DNA from: a bacterium
Lineage (GTDB): Bacteria; Hinthialibacterota; Hinthialibacteria; Hinthialibacterales; Hinthialibacteraceae
Direction: 5' to 3'
Length of the DNA stretch: 23,485 nucleotides
Assembly: GCA_963663405.2 (NCBI GenBank)
Contig: CAXXSM010000040.1
Span: forward strand, 1 to 23,485
The position numbers and the translations under genes are program-made. Positions 15,749-23,485 of this stretch are shown here, piece after piece; the stretch's first letter is position 1, and each line of letters begins with the position of its first letter. The notes beneath the pieces were generated by a model. It had not been told where the DNA came from. It searched no databases and was given only the letters and a program-made list of their open reading frames with translations.

Positions 15749-18238
15749 TTATTTCAGAAGCGGCATCACGGTGCTGTGCAGGTTTTTGATTTCTTCATGT
15801 TCAGAGATCGGCAGAAGCGCGACAAGCCGCCGGACGGAGGATTCAAGCGCCTGGGCGTCTTGATTTTTCAACGCCCGTTCTCCTTGGCCGAATAAGCGGT
15901 TGGCCAGATCCTGATCTTTCATCATTGTTCTGCGTTCGTTCAAATAGTTATAATATTCTTTCCAAAAATCAGGCATCTGTGTGAACAATTCCATGTTGAT
16001 TTCCTGCAGTTTATTGATTTGCTGTTTTAGCAGGTCTTCATCGAGGGAGCGCAGGGCGTTATGCAATTCCCCTTCGATCTCGTTCAGATGTGGTCGTAGA
16101 ACGGAATTATCACACTGTTCAAACAAGTCACGGGTTTCCGCCATTAGTTGATGCGCTTCTTTGACTAAGGATGGCCATCTCAGACCCTGTTCCACTTCAT
16201 CCAATGAACTTTTTAGATCGAGAAGACGGCGTTGGCACGCGTCCGCCGCGTCACGGTCACTGGTGGCGGCGCCGTAGGAGGTTTTAATGTCGTTCATGGT
16301 TTGTTCGCGGTCGAGTTGTTGGATGATCCGCTCGCTGTGGGGGTGATGAATTTGGCTGAGGCTGGATTTAAGTTTTTCGAGCCGTGATTCCTCTTTCTCC
16401 ACATCTTGACCCAAAACTGTAGTGTCCACGTTTGGTTTTTCCAGATGCAGCACTTCTTCATATTCCTCATCAAGGATGGGAACGTAGGCCATGGTGTGAA
16501 TTTGCCGGGAATCGTCAACTACGATCGTGAGTTCGACTTCGCTGCCGATGGGCACGTCGCGTTTGACATCCGCGCCAGTGACGATTAAGTCACCGATCAG
16601 TTGGTTTCGATCGGCTTGGACGGCGTTTTCTCCTTCCACGACAGGGATGCGGAGGATCGCGCCTTTATTGCCTTTTTTCACTTCTTCCGTCGTGCGGAAA
16701 ATTTCCCGGCGCCGGGCGGGGAGTTCTTTTCCCTTTTCGAGGAAGACTTGCACTTCGTTGTTCGCCAGCGCGACGCCCACCGAGTGAATGAGAGGCTGCG
16801 CGGATATCGTCGCGCCAAGTGTATAGGTAAGACTATTCGGAACGGTTTCCAAACTTTGGCCGGATTGGTTTTTCAATTCGATTTGATATTCGTTCGCCCG
16901 GCCTCTTTCCGCCCGGAGATTCGTCATAAAACCACCGCTGGGAGAGATTTCAATCTGTCCGCTGCGCCATAGGCTTTTCGATTCGATGAATTCGATGGTT
17001 AAGTTACTCAGCGAATCGCCGTTCTGCGCGGATATTTTCCCCGCGACGAGGGGTTCAGGATCGTTGTCGATCGGTTTGTACTCCAGTTCAATCGCATATT
17101 GCCCATGAGAGAGGACTGGAAGCGCTGATTCTTTAAATGGCAGGGAGCCGGCGAAAACCGCTGCGCCGCGCGAGACGACTGTCAATGGATCGACGCTGAA
17201 ATCCAATTCGATCTGAAGCCGATCGTAGAGAGAATCTCTAAGCAGAGGAATCATTGTGGGGCCGCCGACGAGTAGTATTTTAGCAATGTCATCCGGGCCC
17301 AATCCTTCTTCCGTGAGAATTCTATCACAGATGTTGAGAGAACGTTCAATGAATGGTTCGATGAGAGGTTCGATGTCAGCGCGGCGGATGTCCCATTCGA
17401 ATTGCACCCAGTCTCCGTTGTCATCCTGGCAGAGGGGATCGATGAAGATTTGAGTTTCTTCATCGCGTGAGAGTTGGATTTTGGCCTCATCCGCGTGGTG
17501 TTTCAGTTTTGCGAAGGCGGCGCGCCAGGCGGGATTTCCCCGTTCGAAATTAGAGAGGGCGTATTCTTTGCGTAAAGCCGGGGCGAGCAACTGATCGACA
17601 ATCGCCCAGTCCATCAGCTTACCGCCAAGGTGATTGTCCCCCCGATGATTGACGACTTGAATCTCACCATCCTTCATGTGGATGATCGCGGCGTCAAACG
17701 TGCCACCACCCATATCATAAACGAGCCAAAACTCATTTTCGCTTTCACATTGAAATCCATACGCCAATGCGGCGGCGATGGGTTCTTGGAGCAGGGGGCT
17801 TGTTGTCATGCCGGCTAAGCGGGCGGCTTTATTTGTCGCTTCACACTGGGGTAGTTCGAAGGCCGCCGGCACGGTGATGACAGCGGCGTTCACTTCTTCG
17901 CCAATACGCTGACGCACATCGTTCCGGAGAGATTTGAGCACCTCGGCAGAGAGTTCTTCCGGGCGCATTTGCAGTCCACTACGCTGGAAGGTGTATGTGT
18001 GAGTTGTGCCCATTTGGAGTTTGAATTCTCCACAGGCGTTCTCAGGATCTCTTTCGAGTTGGTTTTTCGCTCTTCTTCCCACGTAGAGACGATCTTTTTT
18101 ATCAAGCCAAATCACCGAGGGCGTACATTTCTGCCCTTCGTTGTTTTCGATCATCTCGGTTTCAGTTCCGTTCAACAGCGCGACACTGCTATTGGTCGTC
18201 CCTAAATCGATACCAAAATCAATTGTTCTTCTCATCAT
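15749..18238 (-). CDS. Atypical Hsp70-family chaperone (829 aa), not the housekeeping DnaK
   Basis: NBD motifs GIDLGTTNS, AVITVPAAF, LLQEPIAAALAYG, VYDMGGGTFD, GDNHLGG, EAKIQLS, LLVGGPTMIP and DPLTVVSRGAA. An SBD-like segment starts at about aa 481 (HSVGVAL...EKGKELPARRREIFRTT...VVEGEN). There is an insert at aa 367-480 and a long helical C-terminus. Confidence 0.93.
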   Translation of the reverse strand: MMRRTIDFGIDLGTTNSSVALLNGTETEMIENNEGQKCTPSVIWLDKKDRLYVGRRAKNQLERDPENACGEFKLQMGTTHTYTFQRSGLQMRPEELSAEVLKSLRNDVRQRIGEEVNAAVITVPAAFELPQCEATNKAARLAGMTTSPLLQEPIAAALAYGFQCESENEFWLVYDMGGGTFDAAIIHMKDGEIQVVNHRGDNHLGGKLMDWAIVDQLLAPALRKEYALSNFERGNPAWRAAFAKLKHHADEAKIQLSRDEETQIFIDPLCQDDNGDWVQFEWDIRRADIEPLIEPFIERSLNICDRILTEEGLGPDDIAKILLVGGPTMIPLLRDSLYDRLQIELDFSVDPLTVVSRGAAVFAGSLPFKESALPVLSHGQYAIELEYKPIDNDPEPLVAGKISAQNGDSLSNLTIEFIESKSLWRSGQIEISPSGGFMTNLRAERGRANEYQIELKNQSGQSLETVPNSLTYTLGATISAQPLIHSVGVALANNEVQVFLEKGKELPARRREIFRTTEEVKKGNKGAILRIPVVEGENAVQADRNQLIGDLIVTGADVKRDVPIGSEVELTIVVDDSRQIHTMAYVPILDEEYEEVLHLEKPNVDTTVLGQDVEKEESRLEKLKSSLSQIHHPHSERIIQQLDREQTMNDIKTSYGAATSDRDAADACQRRLLDLKSSLDEVEQGLRWPSLVKEAHQLMAETRDLFEQCDNSVLRPHLNEIEGELHNALRSLDEDLLKQQINKLQEINMELFTQMPDFWKEYYNYLNERRTMMKDQDLANRLFGQGERALKNQDAQALESSVRRLVALLPISEHEEIKNLHSTVMPLLK

Positions 18239-18268
18239 TATTATCTCCCTGTCGAATGATTGGGAAAT

Positions 18269-18814
18269 TTATAGGCTTTCTCTAGTTTGAATGCTGGTCT
18301 TCCACGAAACTGGATTCCCGTTTCGGTTCTTTATCTCACTGGCGTTATGAAGAGGGGCCGATATTGGCTGACCGACAATCACTTCGCCCATTTGGATCAT
18401 TTTATCTTTGTAGTAGATTGTTGGCTTGACGGTTTCAATGACTTGATCGCAGGTTACTTGGTCTGAATGTTCGAATGAGATGATCCGCAGGGCTTCGCCA
18501 CCCGTGATTGTTTCACCGGTGTGGTTATGGATTTCAACACCGGATTGAGTCAGTGAATCCCATGTGGATTCAAGAAAGCGTTTCGCGCCGCGAATTTCCT
18601 TGGGTGGCACATCCAATTTTTCGAGACGGCCACGGATGCGCCACAGTCCGTTGCACACTTCTTTAAGAATCGGAAAGAATTCATTGCCATTCCCGCGTCT
18701 TGGTTGGAGAAGATTGGTGATTGTCTCTGTATTCTCCAGCAGTTTTGCGGGCCAAGCGGGAATCTCAATTCGAAATTCTTTTGGATATCTGTACTGCAAT
18801 AAACTTTCAAACAT
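18269..18814 (-). CDS. GrpE-like nucleotide-exchange-factor homologue
   Basis: A helical region followed by LTQSGVEIHNHTGE...DQVIETVKPTIYYKDKMIQMGEVIVG, which resembles the GrpE beta domain (L..GVE.I...GE.FDP...V.EV.Q.GY...DRVLRPA.V.V). Lies directly upstream of the Hsp70 gene. Confidence 0.7.
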   Translation of the reverse strand: MFESLLQYRYPKEFRIEIPAWPAKLLENTETITNLLQPRRGNGNEFFPILKEVCNGLWRIRGRLEKLDVPPKEIRGAKRFLESTWDSLTQSGVEIHNHTGETITGGEALRIISFEHSDQVTCDQVIETVKPTIYYKDKMIQMGEVIVGQPISAPLHNASEIKNRNGNPVSWKTSIQTRESL

Positions 18815-18835
18815 ATCATCGTCCTCGCTCTCAAT

Positions 18836-20413
18836 TTATCCGATACTCTCCGGTTGACCGTCCTGATTCCATTGTTCTTTGAAATGTTTTCTCGCTGCAG
18901 GAAATTCTTCTTTCGCGGATTCGGGTTTGATCCAATCGGGAAAGCGTTTTCGACCGATCGCGCGGCCGATTACCGAGCCAAGGGCGATTCCGAGCGCGGC
19001 GCAGAAGAAGAGAGTGATCCAAAACGCGGAACCGGTCAGTGAACCCAACGCGAACCAAGCCAACGCGATCGCCGATCCTCCACCGATACAATTCCCAACT
19101 GCCGTCCACTGGCGTATACGTTGATGCGCGTTTTGACACCGTGCGCAACGCGGGATTTCAATTGTGACCGGTTCCCCGTTTTCTTTTGAGCGTATTGTCC
19201 ATCTTAAATTGGTGGCGCCCCGCGCGAGATAATCGTCGCAGAACCAGCATGGGACGCATTCCATGCGATCTTTGAGAAGGCGGATGTTGTCCAGAATTCT
19301 CTGACGAACCGATTCCGTTTCGGCGATCGCGTAGGCTTGCTGGAGTAATTCGATCGTTTTTTTGGATTCTTTTATATCTTGTGAAGCGGCGATCAAACAT
19401 TCCAATATGGTTTGCGCCACATCATTGTTTACGGTTTCCCGGTATGGCGTTCCTTTTTTTGTGACGACGTTGATGACGGATAAGGGGAGATGGGTTTGCG
19501 CCAGGAACATTTGAAGGCGTGTTTCGACGTCTTCCGTTTTGTCTTCCAACTTGCTTTTTATGGCTTGACATTGAATCTTGAGTTGTTCGCGTATGGGAGC
19601 GCATCCCCGCTGAATGGCTTCATGGATATGCGCGCTGTCCATTCCGGCGTTATGGATTAATTGAAAATGGGAATCTGTTTCCGCTGGATCACCGCTTTCC
19701 AACGCCTGGATGCATCGTTTGACGTTGATTAGAAGCAGAATAACGGGTAGAGCGCTACGAATCCGGCGTACGAATCCTGTTGTAAGGCGTGGATCGTTGA
19801 TCTCCCGGACACGATCCCTCATGGCGCTCCATACCGCTTCCGGTTCTAAGCAGATTTTCCATTTCGAATAGGCGTAGTTCCAATAAAACGTTTTTTCTTT
19901 TTTTTGTTCTTCGGTTAAGTCTTCCAGTTGAATTTCCCGTTCCATCTCAATCGCAAGCGCGTGGGATAGGACGGCAAGGTTATGGCAGGTTATCGGATCG
20001 GTAATATGTTTCCCGTTTTCCAAGATTTGACGGTATGCGCCCGCTTTCATATTTGAAATGAAAATTTCGTTGATGTTGGATTGGGAAGACCATGTGGGCC
20101 AGAACCAGAAGAATTCATCGATTAGACGTAATTTTGGATCTCTCAATCGTTGGAGCGCATTTCGTATTGTTTCTTGGTCTGGAAGTGGAGTGAGAGGGAA
20201 AATGATGTCTTCTTGTGTATCATTTCTATTATCTGTATCCGCTAGGAAGTATAATTTTTGACTTTCCCGGTTAATTTGTCTGGAACAAGCATTGACCGGT
20301 ACGCCAAGAATCCGGAACGCATTTTTATTATATAGATTGAGATCCGCTTCGCTGAAGAGGATCCCGCATTGTTCAAGAGAATTTTGTTGAAAAGAATTGT
20401 TCGGATAAACCAT
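18836..20413 (-). CDS. Membrane protein with an N-terminal J-domain-like segment (no HPD), a helical/TPR-like middle, a CxxC...CxxC motif and two C-terminal TM helices
   Basis: NAFRILGVPVNACSRQINRESQKL resembles J helices I-II and IRNALQRLRDPKLR resembles helices III-IV. CWFC...CARC follows, then two Gly-rich hydrophobic helices. First gene of the operon, 21 bp before the next start. Confidence 0.65.
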   Translation of the reverse strand: MVYPNNSFQQNSLEQCGILFSEADLNLYNKNAFRILGVPVNACSRQINRESQKLYFLADTDNRNDTQEDIIFPLTPLPDQETIRNALQRLRDPKLRLIDEFFWFWPTWSSQSNINEIFISNMKAGAYRQILENGKHITDPITCHNLAVLSHALAIEMEREIQLEDLTEEQKKEKTFYWNYAYSKWKICLEPEAVWSAMRDRVREINDPRLTTGFVRRIRSALPVILLLINVKRCIQALESGDPAETDSHFQLIHNAGMDSAHIHEAIQRGCAPIREQLKIQCQAIKSKLEDKTEDVETRLQMFLAQTHLPLSVINVVTKKGTPYRETVNNDVAQTILECLIAASQDIKESKKTIELLQQAYAIAETESVRQRILDNIRLLKDRMECVPCWFCDDYLARGATNLRWTIRSKENGEPVTIEIPRCARCQNAHQRIRQWTAVGNCIGGGSAIALAWFALGSLTGSAFWITLFFCAALGIALGSVIGRAIGRKRFPDWIKPESAKEEFPAARKHFKEQWNQDGQPESIG

Positions 20414-20464
20414 TTGAATTCCGTTATTTATACATCATTTTTTACTCATTTTGTATATCATGAA

Positions 20465-20485
20465 GAATATCAATATCAGATATTC
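20465..20485. promoter_or_regulatory. Inverted repeat upstream of the Hsp70 operon, candidate operator
   Basis: GAATATC-N7-GATATTC, 52-72 bp upstream of ATG 20413, with TCATGA on both sides. The AT-rich context lowers its significance. Confidence 0.3.
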
Positions 20486-20918
20486 ATGAGAGCCATTTGT
20501 AGAAGAGAAATTAATTTACTTATTGTAAATATCTTTACCTATTCTAGCGCGGATTTTGGAGACCGCAAACAACTTTTCAGAAAAACTTTACCAAATCCAG
20601 TAAAGTTATGGTTCGATTTGGTTTGATAATTCGATTGAATTGAAGTAAAGGGAGAAGGAAATATTTGTATCTCTTACTATTTGGAAGTAAAAGATTTAAG
20701 GTCTTTTATTTGAGATTTTTTCTAATGAAGGATAACTATTAGTGAATTATGATGGATATAGAAAAGTTATAGAATGAGTGTTTGGTAAGATGAAGTTGTA
20801 AGGAGTAATTTGTTAAATTATTTAACGGTTGAAATCGGGATTCTGATCGTTTTTGTGATTATTATTTTACAGAAAATGATTGAGGGATGATTGTATTACT
20901 TCTTTTTGTAACGATTGA

Positions 20919-22031
20919 TTAGTAGAGAGCCCAATCGATCACAGATGTTGTTTCTTTGGTGACGGCGGCGCGGAAATTGTCTATGTAGAGGGGAACACCT
21001 GCATCGGCTGCATCATTATTTGTCGCGAACCAGAGTTGGAACCATCCACCTTCTTCTTCGAATGCGGGGGCGTGTTTGGCCATGTCTACCTTCCAGACGA
21101 TGGTTTTCCAATCGTCAACCGCATCATTGATGCCTAATAAACTATATTGATCCCAGCCGCCGCTGCCGGATTGGATGATAAGGGCGATCTGCGCCCAGCT
21201 TGTTGTTCCGCCGAGCTGCACGTCAAGGATAATCTCTTGTATGTCGGTCCATCGGTCGAAGGCTCCCATTGCGTCATCCGTTTGAAGGTAATTCGCCCAT
21301 CCGGGGCCAAGTTCCGTCACCATATAGTTTTCGCCTTCGGAAGGAGTGATTTCGCCTTCTCCAGGAATCGGCATCTGTACGTTCGCGTCGGTGGTTGTCC
21401 AGCCCGTTGAGAATGTCGTGTCGGGATCTTCCTCGTTAAAGCCATAAACCAAGACCATTTCCGTTTCAATGACGTCAGCGGGCCGATAGAAATAGATATC
21501 GTCGATATAGAGTTGTCCCCTTACAGTTCCGTCGCGGGGGCGATGAAACCTCCGAAATAGGAAATATCACTCAATCCGTGCTTGAGGTAAGTGAATCGAT
21601 CGGCCAGACCAACTCCACCCATTCACCGGTTATCTCAGTTCCTTGAACGCCCAGGTTTACGCTCCCGGTTTCAACGCGGATTTCGAACTGGTTGTTGTCG
21701 GGAAACGGGACGGAATCGGGGAGATAATAGACCCACATGTGAAGTTCCGTCATACCCGCCGCATCGATCGGGGTAACATCGGGGAGAAATTGAGTTGAGA
21801 CCATTGCCAAGAGGTACCCGCGTTATCGTATTCAACGTACAACGCGCTATCGCCATCTTTTGGAGTGACATCGATTAACGGCGATGTCTCCACGAGGGAT
21901 ACCTGAATCGAACCACCGGTGTATTGCCAGTTGTAATCGTCCTCGAAACTGGTCACATCGATGCGTTTTTCTTGTGAATGAGCGGCTCCAATAAGGATAA
22001 AGCATACTGCAAGAATCGTTATTCGTTTCAT
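20919..22031 (-). CDS. Secreted protein with two tandem CBM-like beta-sandwich domains; one gene broken by three 1-nt deletions
   Basis: AAGGAG RBS and signal peptide MKRITILAVCFILIGAAHS. Adding one base at about 21785, 21573 and 21535 fuses the ORFs into about 371 aa: ...WSQLNF(S/L)PDVTPIDAAGMTELHMWVY...SSTDLSDISYFGGFIAP(G)DGTVRGQLYIDDIYFYRPADVIETEMVLVYGF... Both halves end in LYID(D/N). Confidence 0.75.
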
Positions 22032-22196
22032 TTTTTACTCCTTGGCAAGAAGTTATTTTGTGAATCTTCGACCGGCTATCGGTCTTCGTTCCACACAGTA
22101 ATTTAATATTTTATCTAAAAATCCTTTTTGGTTCTATGACTCCAAGAGTGTGATTTTTGTAGGAACTATTATAAATGAAAGTACAACGCGCGAATG

Positions 22197-22248
22197 AAAA
22201 TGAGTTGTGGGAGATATCGCGAACGAGTAAGTCTCAGAAACTCATTTT
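22197..22248. repeat. Intergenic imperfect inverted repeat
   Basis: AAAATGAGTT (22197-22206) pairs with AACTCATTTT (22239-22248), with an inner GAGAT/GTCTC pairing. Confidence 0.45.
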
Positions 22249-22327
22249 TATATAAATTAACAATAATTTAACTTTTTCTATCCATTGATCCGCAGTAAAC
22301 TCATTTACTTATTTTCTGATTTTTGCG

Positions 22328-22356
22328 TTGACATCTCTATCGAAATAGTTTATGGT
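22328..22356 (+). promoter_or_regulatory. Putative sigma70 promoter
   Basis: Perfect TTGACA (22328-22333), 17-bp spacer, TATGGT (22351-22356). Confidence 0.55.
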
Positions 22357-22650
22357 CGTTTTGGGCGCTTGGGTTAACAACTAATTAAATTCATTGTTTT
22401 GGCTTGTCTTAAATAGTTGTTTTTTTTCGTAATAATCCGGTTTTTAGATATTAATGTCAAACGAAATTGTCTTTTTTAATAATTGGTATGGAAGAGAACA
22501 TCGAGTACCGGTGTGAGATAGAAAAGAGATTACTATCCTTTCTTTAAAGAGCGCTTATTACCGGAGCGGTTAATCACGGTTATGGCGTATAGCGTTAGGA
22601 ATAATGAAGCATTGTTTTTTTAGAATTTTAATTTTACAATGGTTGTAGTA

Positions 22651-23485
22651 ATGGGAATTTTTTCGTTCTTTAGTAAATCTAATACAAACAATAATCATCT
22701 TCTTTCATGGACGGCAGGGAATCGATTTATAACTATATTAAAGGAAATATTGATATAGAAACTGGACGTTTAAAAGACGGCGCAGGAAATCTGCCAGATG
22801 ATGAAAAGATCTTTAAGCCTGGTGAACTTCGATGGGTTGCGGGAGGTATGGATGGTGGTTTCGGTCACCACGGATCTGGTGGAAACGATTTAAAAAAAGG
22901 AAAGAAAATCGCAAACCTTCTACGATCGATTTCCAAAAAAGGTTCTACTAAGTCGAAAATCGAACTTTACAATATTCTCGTAGAGGATTCATTAATTGAT
23001 TGTATCGATACAGCTCTTGAGATGGCTATTAAGTCAGGATTATCAATAGAGCCATTTCTTCATGATTTCGCACAGTTTCTTACGACCAAATCTCCCGATC
23101 GAGGTCCAGTAAAATTTGGGATCGCGTTACTTGGTCTTATTCGCGATCCACAAGATTTAGATGTAATCAAGACTCTTGGTAAACATGAAGAATTTACTCT
23201 ATATTCGGCCGTTGCGATCACAAGCTCTTTAGAAAATCCGGACATTGAACTATTCAAGTTAGCCCAGTCTGTGGATGGATGGGGAAGATCCAATTGGTCG
23301 AAAGACTCGCACAAACAAGCGATCCATCAATCAAGGCATGGTTGATCCGGGAAGGCTACAAAAATGATATTATGTATGAATATCTAGCCTATACATGCGC
23401 AACTGCAGGTGATCTTCATCAAGCGCTTGACGCAGAAACGATCGATCAAGAACTCTTTGATGGAGCGGGTGATATCATTGAAGCG
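22651..23485 (+). CDS. Hypothetical alpha-helical (HEAT/ARM-like) protein, 3'-partial, with frameshifts near 23288 and possibly 22709
   Basis: Adding one A near 23288 extends ORF 22707-23345 as VDGWGRIQLVERLAQTSDPSIKAWLIREGYKNDIMYEYLAYTCATAGDLHQAL..., open to the window end. An upstream ATG at 22651 (MGIFSFFSK...LSW) joins DGRESIY if one G is added, which is less certain. PVKFGIALLGLIRDPQDLDVIKTLG is HEAT-like. Confidence 0.65.

Noticed and set aside
15749-18238. Calling this gene dnaK, hscA or hscC
   Set aside because: It is about 200 aa longer than DnaK, lacks the canonical linker, has divergent motifs, and has no canonical dnaJ/hrcA or isc context.

Overview
Bacterial chromosomal window. 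It opens with the end of the alpha ribosomal operon (rpsD 3' end, rpoA with a long acidic tail, rplQ, terminator). Metabolic and secreted-protein genes follow: a secreted beta-propeller plus putative (alpha/alpha)-barrel protein, two Tat-signal Gfo/Idh/MocA oxidoreductases, a nitroreductase, a SAM methyltransferase, a class I DAHP synthase, a sugar-phosphate isomerase/epimerase TIM barrel, and a secreted C-type-lectin-like protein. A cold-shock gene with its own promoter and terminator sits between 28-bp direct repeats. The most unusual part is a tight 4-gene minus-strand operon (14589-20413) that looks like a dedicated membrane- and peptidoglycan-linked Hsp70 system. It encodes an HPD-less J-domain-like membrane protein with a CxxC/CxxC motif and glycine zipper, a short GrpE-like protein, an 829-aa Hsp70 with about 115 extra residues in place of the NBD-SBD linker, and a TPR-TM-BON-LysM protein. 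Five genes are broken by about 8 single-base indels, most likely consensus errors. I saw no rRNA, tRNA, CRISPR array, integrase or transposase. All family calls come from motif recognition by eye; no database search was run.
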